Positions 23,961 to 38,276 of a DNA stretch of 64,000 nt are shown one piece after another. Source of the DNA: Balanoglossus misakiensis (lineage: Eukaryota; Animalia; Hemichordata); the NCBI GenBank assembly GCA_040954595.2, contig CM082594.2:332208-396207 (forward strand), in the 5' to 3' direction. Each line of letters opens with the position of its first letter. The first letter of the stretch is position 1. Made by a program: the position numbers and the translations under genes. The notes below the pieces were generated by a model. That model ran no database searches, had not been told where the DNA came from, and worked only from the letters and a program-made list of their open reading frames with translations.

Positions 23961-26900
23961 ACTACTTTGTCACACTCCGGGCACGCTGGGAGTGTGGGAT
24001 CAAAGTGTGTAAACAAATCAATCCCACACACTCACTGAATCGAAGGCTGTATATGATGTGAGTGCTGATTGGTTGACAAAGTATTCTTTTGCTAACGCAC
24101 ACTAAATGTTATCCAATGGCACGATGTGTAATATAGGGACAGAGACTAAAACATGCCAGATGAAAGTTTCAGAGAAATTTATTCAATGTTTTTAACGAAT
24201 TTGGATAATTTGTGACTGTGTGAGAAATAAGAGTTTGAGATTCTATTAGTCACATATATTTGTAATCAAATCTATGTCTGTTGTCATTTTATTAAACTTG
24301 GGTCATGGAAATATTATAAAACAAGTAACAAATGTTTTATTTCAATTGTACATTGTAACAAGGGTGAATATAATTTATTATCTTTTCTGGAATGCTATTC
24401 CACACTGTGGGACCAACAAATTCGATTAAAGTCTGACCTAACCGATTGTTATATTTTGGAGGATGATAAATATTGTTATCTCTTGAATGACTGTGATAAC
24501 CATGTTCTATTAGGAAGTGTGTCAGGAACGAAAATAGCAGCCTGTAATTTGAATTGACTGTATATGAGATTAAATTGGATAGCTCGTCTCACGCGCATGC
24601 GCGTAACTTCCCAGCAAATTTTCCGTTCGATGCATTCAAATAGTGGACTGCCTTCGCTTCCTTCCATATGTCATGCGCAGAGTATAGCGTTCGTTAGCAA
24701 CGTTGATCAAGTCAGATTTCCTACGGCATGGCTTGGCTAAAGCCCTGGCACTTTAGAGCAGAAACACGCGTACAGAGACCACGTTGATCTACTCACATTT
24801 CCTTCGGCCTGGCACGGCTGATGCCCCGGCACTATATATAGGACACAGACTGGCGTAAGTTAACAACGGTAATCACGTCGGGTTTCCTACGGCCTGGCTC
24901 AGCTGAAGCCCCGACACTCTAGAGCAGAAACAGGCGTACATCGACCACGTTGATCAAGTCAGATTTCCTACGGCGTGACTCGGCTGGTGCACCGGCTCTA
25001 TATGACACAGACTGGCGTAAGTTATCAACGGTGATTACGTCGGATTTCCTACGGCCTGGTTTAGCTGAAGCCCCGGCACTTAAGAGCGGAAACACGCGTA
25101 CATTGACCACAATGATCAAGTCAGATCTCCTACGGCCTGGCTCGACTAAAACCCCGGCACACCATGACAGACACTAGCGTTCGTTAGCAACGGTGATCAA
25201 GTCGGATTTCCTTCGGCCTGGCTCTGCAAAAGACCCGACACTCTAGTACAAAGACGTTGGCTAAGTCGGGCAAACCGAAGAGGGAAAGTCACAGCGGTTC
25301 AACACTTGACATTTGTTCGGGTAGGACTGCATTATTGCCTGTCAATTTATAGAGAAAGCCCGAATTTAACCAGGGCGTTTCAAACACCGACGTTAGTTGG
25401 GGGCACGGCCTGCAGTACTGCCGGGTAAGCTGACATCGGCGTACCGCATATAATGTAGGGGGGGGGGAACAGAACGGTTCAATACTACATTTATTAGATA
25501 TCAGCTAATTTTGGACAATCATCTAAAATCTAAATCATTTTTTCATATTTGGATATCTGATGATGTATGAAATTTCCATTATATGTAAAAATGGTGCTGA
25601 TTATAAAAAATGCACTCTGAATGAGCTGATTTAATACAAAATTGCGTTTTATTCGTTATTGCACCAAAAAGGTCATTTTTAGGCAAAACATTCTTTATTT
25701 TTTTTAATTCGGTGACCTGATCATATATAAACAATTGCTTGTATGTTAAAAGTTTTGATGACTTTTCAAAGCAGTGACACTGGCGGCATTCAACACGAAA
25801 ATAACAATTTTAGCCACAATTTGGTCAAAATGGTAAATTTTTGAAAATTACAAAAAATACCTGTTTTATACATTTTCGGAAATCTGATGGAGTATAGAAT
25901 GCTCTTCGTATGTATATATCGATACAAATTCCACAAAAGACCGTGTAATTTGGCTCACTGCAGACAAAATTGCGTTTTACCAAATTTTCCTTGAAAATGT
26001 CATTTTTAGAAGAAAAAAAAAATAAAAAAACCTTTGTTCTTCGAATTTGGTGCCCTGATCATATATGACATGTTGATTGTATGTTAAAACTTTCGACCAC
26101 TCCAAAAATGCAGAGATATTGACGGAATTCAAGAAAAAATAGCCATTTTGGCCATATTTTGACAAAAATGGTAAATTTTTAAAAAATCATAAAAAATTAA
26201 CTCTTTTCTTCATTTTCGGAAATATTATGGAGCATGAAGTGTCGTTCTCTTGTAAAAAGTGCTGCAAATTCCAGAAAAGGTGGTATAATTTGAATCACCC
26301 AAGACAAAATTACCATTTTCGACTTTTTTTTGAAAAATTGTCTTTTTTACAAAATAAATAAGAATAAATTCTTTTCTTAGTTTCAAACGGGTAGAGATAC
26401 TTTCCACACGGGTTTTCTAACATTGAATTCCCGTTCATCAACTCAGATTTCCTACAGCATAAGTCGGCTAAAACCCTGAAACTCTAGAGCAGAAACAGTT
26501 GCACACTGGTAACGTTGAACAAGTCGATTTTTCTACGGCCTGGCTCGGCTAAATCTCCGTCACAATATTACAGACACTAGCGTACGTTAGCAACGGTGAT
26601 CAAGTCAGATTTCCTACGGCATGGCTTGGATAAAGCCCCGGCACTCTAGAGCAGAAACACGCGTACAGAGACCACGTTGATCTACTCACATTTCCTTCGG
26701 CCTGGCACGGCTGATGCCCCGGCACTATATATAGGACACAGACTGGCGTAAGTTAACAACGGTAATCACGTCGGGTTTCCTACGGCCTGGCTCAGCTGAA
26801 GCCCCGGCACTCTAGAGCAGAAACACGCGTACATTGACCACGTTGATCAAGTCAGATTTCCTACGGCGTGACTCGGCTGGTGCACCGGCTCTATATGACA

Positions 26901-29900
26901 CAGACTGGCGTAAGTTATCAACGGTGATTACGTCGGATTTCCTACGGCCTGGTTTAGCTGAAGCCCCGGCACTTTAGAGCGGAAACACGCGTACATTGAC
27001 CACGATGATCAAGTCAGATCTCCTACGGCCTGGCTCGACTAAAACCCCGGCACACCATGACAGACACTAGCGTTCGTTAGCAACGGTGATCAAGTCGGAT
27101 TTCCTTCGGCCTGGCTCTGCAAAAGACCCGACACTCTAGTACAAAGACGTTGGCTAAGTCGGGCAAACCGAAGAGGGAAAGTCACAACGGGTCAACACTC
27201 GACATTTGTTCGGGTAGGACTGCATTATTGCCTGTCAATTTATAGAGAAAGCCCGAATTTAACCAGGGCGCTTCAAACACCGACGTTAGTTGGGGGCACG
27301 GCCTGCAGTACTGCCGGGTAAGCTCACATCGGCGTACCGCATATAATGTAGGGGGGGGGGGAAACAGAACGGTTCAATACTACATTTATTAGATATCAGC
27401 TAATTTTGGACAATCATCTAAAATCTAAATCATTTTTTCATATTTGGATATCTGATGATGTATGAAATTTCCATTATATGTAAACATGGTGCTGATTATA
27501 AAAAATGCACTCTGAAAGAGCTGATTTAATACAAAATTACGTTTTATTCGTTTTTGCACCAAAAAGGTCATTTTTAGGCAAAACATTCTTTATTTTATTA
27601 ATTCGGTGACCTGATCATATATAAACAATTGCTTGTATGTTAAAAGCTTTTATGACTTTTAAAAGCAGTGACACTGGCGGCATTCAACACGAAAATAACA
27701 ATTTTAGCCACCATTTGGTCAAAATGGTAAATTTTTGAAAATTACAAAAAATACCTGTTTTCTACATTTTCGAAATCTGATGGAGTATAGAATGCTCTTC
27801 GTATGTATATATCGATACAAATTCCACAAAAGACCGTCTAAGTTGGCTCACTGCAGACAAAATTGCGTTTTACCAAATTTTCCTTGAAAATGTCATTTAA
27901 AAAAATAAAAATAAAAAAACCTTTGTTCTTCGAATTTGGTGCCCTGATCATATATGACATGTTAATTGTATGTTAAAACTTTCGACCACTCCAAAAAAGC
28001 AGAGATATTGACGGAATTCAAGAAAAAATAGCCATTTTGGCCATATTTTGACAAAAATGGTAAATTTTTAAAAAATCATAAAAAATTAACTCTTTTCTTC
28101 ATTTTCGGAAATATTATGGAGCATGAAGTGTCGTTCTCTTGTAAAAAGTGCTGCAAATTCAAGAAAAGGCGGTATAATTTAAATCACCCAAGACAAAATT
28201 ACCATTTTCGACTTTTTTTCGAAAAATTGTCTTTTTTACAAAATAAATAAGAATAAATTCTTTTCTTAGTTTCAAACGGGTAGAGATACTTTCCACACGG
28301 GTTTTCTAACATTGAATTCCCGTTCATCAACTCAGATTTCCTACAGCATAAGTCGGCTAAAACCCTGACACTCTAGAGCAGAAACAGTTGCACACTGGTA
28401 ACGTTGAACAAGTCGATTTTTCTACGGCCTGGCTCGGCTAAATCTCCGTCACAATATGACAGACACTAGCGTACGTTAGCAACGGTGATGAAGTCAGATT
28501 TTCTACGGCATGGCTTGGATAAAGCCCCGGCACTCTAAAGCAGAAACACGCGTACAGAGAGCACGTTGATCAAGTCTGATCTCCTACGGCTTGGCTCGAC
28601 TAAAACCCCGGCACACTATGACAGACACTAGCGTTAGTAAGCAACGTTGATCAAGTCAGATTTCCTACGGCATGGCTTGGCTAAAGCCCTGGCACTATAG
28701 AGCAGAAACACGCGTACAGAGACCACGTTGATCTACTCACATTTCCTTCGGCCTGGCACGGCTGATGCCCCGGCACTATATATAGGACACAGACTGGCGT
28801 AAGTTAACAACGGTAATCACGTCGGGTTTCCTACGGCCTGGCTCAGCTGAAGCCCCGGCACTCTAGAGCAGAAACACGCGTACATTGACCACGTTGATCA
28901 AGTCAGATTTCCTACGGCGTGACTCGGCTGGTGCACCGGCTCTATATGACACAGACTGGCGTAAGTTATCAACGGTGATTACGTCGGATTTCCTACGGCC
29001 TGGTTTAGCTGAAGCCCCGGCACTTTAGAGCGGAAACACGCGTACATTGACCACGATGATCAAGTCAGATCTCCTACGGCCTGGCTCGACTAAAACCCCG
29101 GCACACCATGACAGACACTAGCGTTCGTTAGCAACGGTGATCAAGTCGGATTTCCTTCGGCCTGGCTCTGCAAAAGACCCGACACTCTAGTACAAAGACG
29201 TTGGCTAAGTCGGGCAAACCGAAGAGGGAAAGTCACAACGGGTCAACACTCGACATTTGTTCGGGTAGGACTGCATTATTGCCTGTCAATTTATAGAGAA
29301 AGCCCGAATTTAACCAGGGCGCTTCAAACACCGACGTTAGTTGGGGGCACGGCCTGCAGTACTGCCGGGTAAGCTCACATCGGCGTACCGCATATAATGT
29401 AGGGGGGGGGGGGGAAACAGAACGGTTCAATACTACATTTATTAGATATCAGCTAATTTTGGACAATCATCTAAAATCTAAATCATTTTTTCATATTTGG
29501 ATATCTGATGATGTATGAAATTTCCATTATATGTAAACATGGTGCTGATTATAAAAAATGCACTCTGAAAGAGCTGATTTAATACAAAATTACGTTTTAT
29601 TCGTTTTTGCACCAAAAAGGTCATTTTTAGGCAAAACATTCTTTATTTTATTAATTCGGTGACCTGATCATATATAAACAATTGCTTGTATGTTAAAAGC
29701 TTTTATGACTTTTAAAAGCAGTGACACTGGCGGCATTCAACACGAAAATAACAATTTTAGCCACCATTTGGTCAAAATGGTAAATTTTTGAAAATTACAA
29801 AAAATACCTGTTTTCTACATTTTCGGAAATCTGATGGAGTATAGAATGCTCTTCGTATGTATATATCGATACAAATTCCACAAAAGACCGTCTAAGTTGG

Positions 29901-32900
29901 CTCACTGCAGACAAAATTGCGTTTTACCAAATTTTCCTTGAAAATGTCATTTAAAAAAAAAAAATAAAAAAACCTTTGTTCTTCGAATTTGGTGCCCTGA
30001 TCATATATGACATGTTAATTGTATGTTAAAACTTTCGACCACTCCAAAAAAGCAGAGATATTGACGGAATTCAAGAAAAAATAGCCATTTTGGCCATATT
30101 TTGACAAAAATGGTAAATTTTTAAAAAATCATAAAAAATTAACTCTTTTCTTCATTTTCGGAAATATTATGGAGCATGAAGTGTCGTTCTCTTGTAAAAA
30201 GTGCTGCAAATTCAAGAAAAGGCGGTATAATTTAAATCACCCAAGACAAAATTACCATTTTCGACTTTTTTTCGAAAAATTGTCTTTTTTACAAAATAAA
30301 TAAGAATAAATTCTTTTCTTAGTTTCAAACGGGTAGAGATACTTTCCACACGGGTTTTCTAACATTGAATTCCCGTTCATCAACTCAGATTTCCTACAGC
30401 ATAAGTCGGCTAAAACCCTGACACTCTAGAGCAGAAACAGTTGCACACTGGTAACGTTGAACAAGTCGATTTTTCTACGGCCTGGCTCGGCTAAATCTCC
30501 GTCACAATATGACAGACACTAGCGTACGCTAGCAACGGTGATGAAGTCAGATTTTCTACGGCATGGCTTGGATAAAGCCCCGGCACTCTAAAGCAGAAAC
30601 ACGCGTACAGAGAGCACGTTGATCAAGTCTGATCTCCTACGGCTTGGCTCGACTAAAACCCCGGCACACTATGACAGACACTAGCGTTAGTAAGCAACGT
30701 TGATCAAGTCAGATTTCCTACGGCATGGCTTGGCTAAAGCCCTGGCACTATAGAGCAGAAACACGCGTACAGAGACCACGTTGATCTACTCACATTTCCT
30801 TCGGCCTGGCACGGCTGATGCCCCGGCACTATATATAGGACACAGACTGGCGTAAGTTAACAACGGTAATCACGTCGGGTTTCCTACGGCCTGGCTCAGC
30901 TGAAGCCCCGGCACTCTAGAGCAGAAACACGCGTACATTGACCACGTTGATCAAGTCAGATTTCCTACGGCGTGACTCGGCTGGTGCACCGGCTCTATAT
31001 GACACAGACTGGCGTAAGTTATCAACGGTGATTACGTCGGATTTCCTACGGCCTGGTTTAGCTGAAGCCCCGGCACTTTAGAGCGGAAACACGCGTACAT
31101 TGACCACGATGATCAAGTCAGATCTCCTACGGCCTGGCTCGACTAAAACCCCGGCACACCATGACAGACACTAGCGTTCGTTAGCAACGGTGATCAAGTC
31201 GGATTTCCTTCGGCCTGGCTCTGCAAAAGACCCGACACTCTAGTACAAAGACGTTGGCTAAGTCGGGCAAACCGAAGAGGGAAAGTCACAACGGGTCAAC
31301 ACTCGACATTTGTTCGGGTAGGACTGCATTATTGCCTGTCAATTTATAGAGAAAGCCCGAATTTAACCAGGGCGCTTCAAACACCGACGTTAGTTGGGGG
31401 CACGGCCTGCAGTACTGCCGGGTAAGCTCACATCGGCGTACCGCATATAATGTAGGGGGGGGGGGGGGGAAACAGAACGGTTCAATACTACATTTATTAG
31501 ATATCAGCTAATTTTGGACAACCATCTAAAATCTAAATCATTTTTTCATATTTGGATATCTGATGATGTATGAAATTTCCATTATATGTAAACATGGTGC
31601 TGATTATAAAAAATGCACTCTGAAAGAGCTGATTTAATACAAAATTACGTTTTATTCGTTTTTGCACCAAAAAGGTCATTTTTAGGCAAAACATTCTTTA
31701 TTTTATTAATTCGGTGACCTGATCATATATAAACAATTGCTTGTATGTTAAAAGCTTTTATGACTTTTAAAAGCAGTGACACTGGCGGCATTCAACACGA
31801 AAATAACAATTTTAGCCACCATTTGGTCAAAATGGTAAATTTTTGAAAATTACAAAAAATACCTGTTTTCTACATTTTCGGAAATCTGATGGAGTATAGA
31901 ATGCTCTTCGTATGTATATATCGATACAAATTCCACAAAAGACCGTCTAAGTTGGCTCACTGCAGACAAAATTGCGTTTTACCAAATTTTCCTTGAAAAT
32001 GTCATTTAAAAAAAAAAAAATAAAAAAACCTTTGTTCTTCGAATTTGGTGCCCTGATCATATATGACATGTTAATTGTATGTTAAAACTTTCGACCACTC
32101 CAAAAAAGCAGAGATATTGACGGAATTCAAGAAAAAATAGCCATTTTGGCCATATTTTGACAAAATGGTAAATTTTTAAAAAATCATAAAAAATTAACTC
32201 TTTTCTTCATTTTCGGAAATATTATGGAGCATGAAGTGTCGTTCTCTTGTAAAAAGTGCTGCAAATTCAAGAAAAGGCGGTATAATTTAAATCACCCAAG
32301 ACAAAATTACCATTTTCGACTTTTTTTCGAAAAATTGTCTTTTTTACAAAATAAATAAGAATAAATTCTTTTCTTAGTTTCAAACGGGTAGAGATACTTT
32401 CCACACGGGTTTTCTAACATTGAATTCCCGTTCATCAACTCAGATTTCCTACAGCATAAGTCGGCTAAAACCCTGACACTCTAGAGCAGAAACAGTTGCA
32501 CACTGGTAACGTTGAACAAGTCGATTTTTCTACGGCCTTGCTCGGCTAAATCTCCGTCACAATATGACAGACACTAGCGTACGTTAGCAACGGTGATGAA
32601 GTCAGATTTTCTACGGCATGGCTTGGATAAAGCCCCGGCACTCTAAAGCAGAAACACGCGTACAGAGAGCACGTTGATCAAGTCTGATCTCCTACGGCTT
32701 GGCTCGACTAAAACCCCGGCACACTATGACAGACACTAGCGTTAGTAAGCAACGTTGATCAAGTCAGATTTCCTACGGCATGGCTTGGCTAAAGCCCTGG
32801 CACTATAGAGCAGAAACACGCGTACAGAGACCACGTTGATCTACTCACATTTCCTTCGGCCTGGCACGGCTGATGCCCCGGCACTATATATAGGACACAG

Positions 32901-35900
32901 ACTGGCGTAAGTTAACAACGGTAATCACGTCGGGTTTCCTACGGCCTGGCTCAGCTGAAGCCCCGGCACTCTAGAGCAGAAACAGGCACACATTGACCAC
33001 GTTGATCAAGTCAGATTTCCTACGGCGTGACTCGGCTGGTGCACCGGCTCTATATGACACAGACTGGCGTAAGTTATCAACGGTGATTACGTCGGATTTC
33101 CTACGGCCTGGTTTAGCTGAAGCCCCGGCACTTTAGAGCGGAAACACGCGTACATTGACCACGATGATCAAGTCAGATCTCCTACGGCCTGGCTCGACTA
33201 AAACCCCGGCACACCATGACAGACACTAGCGTTCGTTAGCAACGGTGATCAAGTCGGATTTCCTTCGGCCTGGCTCTGCAAAAGACCCGACACTCTAGTA
33301 CAAAGACGTTGGCTAAGTCGGGCAAACCGAAGAGGGAAAGTCACAGCGGGTCAACACTCGACATTTGTTCGGGTAGGACTGCATTATTGCCTGTCAATTT
33401 ATAGAGAAAGCTCGAATTTAACCAGGGCGTTTCAAACACCGACGTTAGTTGGGGGCACGGCCTGCAGTACTGCCGGGTAAGCTGACATCGGCGTACCGCA
33501 TATAATGTAGGGGGGGGGGGAACAGAACGGTTTAATACTACATTTATCTGTTATCAGCTAATTTTGGACAATCATCTAAAATCTAAATCATTTTTTCATA
33601 TTTGGATATCTGATGATGTATGAAATTTCCATTATATGTAAACATGGTGCTGATTATAAAAAATGCACTCTAATTTAATACAAAATTGCGTTTTATTCGT
33701 TTTTGCACCAAAAAGGTCATTTTTAGGCAAAGCATTCTTTATTTTTTTAATTCGGTGACCTGATCATATATAAACAATTGCTTGTATGTTTAAAGATTTT
33801 ATGACTTTTAAAAGCAGTGACACTGGCGGCATTCAACACGAAAATAACAATTTTAGCCACAATTTGGTCAAAATGGTAAATTTTTGAAAATTACATAAAA
33901 TACCTGTTTTCTACATTTTCGGAAATCTGATGGAGTATGGAATGCTCTTCGTATGTTAATATCGATACAAATTCCACAAAAGACCGTCTAATTTGGCTCA
34001 CTGCAGACAAAATTGCGTTTTACCAAATTTTCCTTGAAAATGTCATTTTTAGAAAAAAAAATAAAAAAACCTTTGTTCTTCGAATTTGGTGCCCTGATCA
34101 TATATGACATGTTGATTGTATGTTAAAACTTTCGACCACTCCAAAAAAGCAGAGATATTGACGGAATTCAAGAAAAAATAGCAATTTTGGCCATATTTTG
34201 ACAAAAATGGTAAATTTTTAAAAAATCATAAAAAATTAACTCTTTTCTTCATTTTCGGAAATATTATGGAGCATGAAGTGTCGTTCTCTTGTAAAAAGTG
34301 CTGCAAATTCAAGAAAAGGCGGTATAATTTAAATCACCCAAGACAAAATTACCATTTTCGACTTTTTTTCGAAAAATTGTCTTTTTTACAAAATAAATAA
34401 GAATAAATTCTTTTCTTAGTTTCAAACGGGTAGAGATACTTTCCACACGGGTTTTCTAACATTGAATTCCCGTTCATCAACTCAGATTTCCTACAGCATA
34501 AGTCGGCTAAAACCCTGACACTCTAGAGCAGAAACAGTTGTACACTGGTAACGTTGAACAAGTCGATTTTTCTACGGCCTGGCTCGGCTAAATCTCCGTC
34601 ACAATATGACAGACACTAGCGTACGTTAGCAACGGTGATGAAGTCAGATTTTCTACGGCATGGCTTGGATAAAGCCCCGGCACTCTAAAGCAGAAAGACA
34701 CGTACAGAGAGCACGTTGATCAAGTCTGATCTCCTACGGCTTGGCTCGACTAAAACCCCGGCACACTATGACAGACACTAGCGTTAGTAAGCAACGTTGA
34801 TCAAGTCAGATTTCCTACGGCATGGCTTGGCTAAAGCCCTGGCACTATAGAGCAGAAACACGCGTACAGAGACCACGTTGATCTACTCACATTTCCTTCG
34901 GCCTGGCACGGCTGATGCCCCGGCACTATATATAGGACACAGACTGGCGTAAGTTAACAACGGTAATCACGTCGGGTTTCCTACGGCCTGGCTCAGCTGA
35001 AGCCCCGGCACTCTAGAGCAGAAACAGGCATACATTGACCACGTTGATCAATTCAGATTTCCTACGGCGTGACTCGGCTGGTGCACCGGCTCTATATGAC
35101 ACAGACTGGCGTAAGTTATCAACGGTGATTACGTCGGATGTCCTACGGCCTGGTTTAGCTGAAGCCCCGGCACTTTAGAGCGGAAACACGCGTACATTGA
35201 CCACGATGATCAAGTCAGATCTCCTACGGCCTGGCTCGACTAAAACCCCGGCACACCATGACAGACACTAGCGTTCGTTAGCAACGGTGATCAAGTCGGA
35301 TTTCCTTCGGCCTGGCTCTGCAAAAGACCCGACACTCTAGTACAAAGACGTTGGCTAAGTCGGGCAAACCGAAGAGGGAAAGTCACAGCGGGTCAACACT
35401 CGACATTTGTTCGGGTAGGACTGCATTATTGCCTGTCAATTTATAGAGAAAGCTCGAATTTAACCAGGGCGTTTCAAACACCGACGTTAGTTGGGGGCAC
35501 GGCCTGCAGTACTGCCGGGTAAGCTGACATCGGCGTACCGCATATAATGTAGGGGGGGGGGGACAGAACGGTTTAATACTACATTTATCTGTTATCAGCT
35601 AATTTTGGACAATAATCTAAAATCTAAATCATTTTTTAATATTTGGATATCTGATGATGTATGAAATTTCCATTATATGTAAAAATGGTGCTGATTATAA
35701 AAAATGCACTCTAATTTAATACAAAATTGCGTTTTATTCGTTTTTGCACCAAAAAGGTCATTTTTAGGCAAAGCATTCTTTATTTTTTTAATTCGGTGAC
35801 CTGATCATATATAAACAATTGCTTGTATGTTTAAAGTTTTTATGACTTTTAAAAGCAGTGACACTGGCGGCATTCAACACGAAAATAACAATTTTAGCCA

Positions 35901-38276
35901 CAATTTGGTCAAAATGGTAAATTTTTGAAAATTACAAAAAATACCTGTTTTCTACATTTTCGGAAATCTGATGGAGTATAGAATGCTCTTCGTATGTATA
36001 TATCGATACAAATTCCACAAAAGACCGTCTAATTTGGCTCACTGCAGACAAAATTGCGTTTTACCAATTTTCCTTGAAAATGTCATTTTTAGAAAAAAAA
36101 ATAAAAAAACCTTTGTTCTTCGAATTTGGTGCCCTGATCATATATGACATTTTGATTGTATGTTAAAACACTCGACCATTCCAAAAAAGCAGAGATATTG
36201 ACGGAATTCAAGAAAAATAGCAATTTTGGCCATATTTTGACAAAAATGGTAAATTTTTAAAAAATCATAAAAAATTAACTCTTTTCTTCATTTTCGGAAA
36301 TATTATGGAGCATGAAGTGTCGTTCTCTTGTAAAAAGTGCTGCAAATTCAAGAAAAGGCGGTATAATTTAAATCACCCAAGACAAAATTACCATTTTCGA
36401 CTTTTTTTCGAAAAATTGTCTTTTTTACAAAATAAATAAGAATAAATTCTTTTCTTAGTTTCAAACGGGTAGAGATACTTTCCACACGGGTTTTCTAACA
36501 TTGAATTCCCGTTCATCAACTCAGATTTCCTACAGCATAAGTCGGCTAAAACCCTGACACTCTAGAGCAGAAACAGTTGCACACTTGTAACGTTGAACAA
36601 GTCGATTTTTCTACGGCCTGGCTCGGCTAAATCTCCGTCACAATATGACAGACACTAGCGTACGTTAGCAACGGTGATGAAGTCAGATTTTCTACGGCAT
36701 GGCTTGGATAAAGCCCCGGCACTCTAAAGCAGAAACACGCGTACAGAGAGCACGTTGATCAAGTCTGATCTCCTACGGTTTGGCTCGACTAAAACCCCGG
36801 CACACTATGACAGACACTAGCGTTAGTAAGCAACGTTGATCAAGTCAGATTTCCTACGGCATGGCTTGGCTAAAGCCCTGGCACTATAGAGCAGAAACAC
36901 GCGTACAGAGACCACGTTGATCTACTCACATTTCCTTCGGCCTGGCACGGCTGATGCCCCGGCTCTATACATAGGACACAGACTGGCGTAAGTTAACAAC
37001 GGTAATCACGTCGGGTTTCCTACGGCCTGGCTCAGCTGAAGCCCCGGCACTCTAGAGCAGAAACAGGCATACATTGACCACGTTGATCAAGTCAGATTTC
37101 CTACGGCGTGACTCGGCTGGTGCACCGGCTCTATATGACACAGACTGGCGTAAGTTATCAACAGTGATTACGTCGGATTTCCTACGGCCTGGTTTAGCTG
37201 AAGCCCCGGCACTTTAGAGCGGAAACACGCGTACATTGACCACGATGATCAAGTCAGATCTCCTACGGCCTGGCTCGACTAAAACCCCGGCACACCATGA
37301 CAGACACTAGCGTTCGTTAGCAACGGTGATCAAGTCGGATTTCCTTCGGCCTGGCTCTGCAAAAGACCCGACACTCTAGTACAAAGACGTTGGCTAAGTC
37401 GGGCAAACCGAAGAGGGAAAGTCACAGCGGGTCAACACTCGACATTTGTTCGGGTAGGACTGCATTATTGCCTGTCAATTTATAGAGAAAGCTCGAATTT
37501 AACCAGGGCGTTTCAAACACCGACGTTAGTTGGGGGCACGGCCTGCAGTACTGCCGGGTAAGCTGACATCGGCGTACCGCATATAATGTAGGGGGGGGGG
37601 GGAACAGAACGGTTTAATACTACATTTATCTGTTATCAGCTAATTTTGGACAATCATCTAAAATCTAAATCATTTTTTCATATTTGGATATCTGATGATG
37701 TATGAAATTTCCATTATATGTAAACATGGTGCTGATTATAAAAAATGCACTCTAATTTAATACAAAATTGCGTTTTATTCGTTTTTGCACCAAAAAGGTC
37801 ATTTTTAGGCAAAGCATTTTTTATTTTTTTAATTCGGTGACCTGATCATATATAAACAATTGCTTGTATGTCTAAAGTTTTTATGACTTTTAAAAGCAGT
37901 GACACTGGCGGCATTCAACACGAAAATAACAATTTTAGCCACAATTTGGTCAAAATGGTAAATTTTTGAAAATTACAAAAAATACCTGTTTTCTACATTT
38001 TCGGAAATCTGATGGAGTATAGAATGCTCTTCGTATGTATATATCGATACAAATTCCACAAAAGACCGTCTAATTTGGCTCACTGCAGACAAAATTGCGT
38101 TTTACCAAATTTTCCTTGAAAATGTCATTTTTAGAAAAAAAAATAAAAAAACCTTTGTTCTTCGAATTTGGTGCCCTGATCATATATGACATGTTGATTA
38201 TATGTTAAAACTTTCGACCACTCCAAAAATGCAGAGATATTGACGGAATTCAAGAAAAAATAGCCATTTTGGCCAT

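Noticed and set aside
24919-25177. 27-aa repeat protein encoded by the 81-bp satellite monomers
   Set aside because: Recurrent TAG stops (CTCTAGAG, CACTAGCG) and frame-breaking monomers interrupt every frame; the ORFs are by-products of the repeat length.
25420-25480. Helitron 3' end or TIR at the poly-G junction of the 2-kb unit
   Set aside because: I found no convincing hairpin plus CTRR terminus and no paired TIRs within the unit; a transposon origin remains unproven.
25550-25580. CTGATGA-TGTAT-GAAA in each satellite unit as a minimal hammerhead
   Set aside because: There is no base-paired stem II or cleavage-site helix, and the motif is not kept in the paralogous 335-bp subrepeats.
26225-26407. 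Recurrent 60-aa ORF (MESISTRLKLRKEF...) in the AT-rich block
   Set aside because: It has a non-ATG start, is broken by stops in several units, and shows no domain features.
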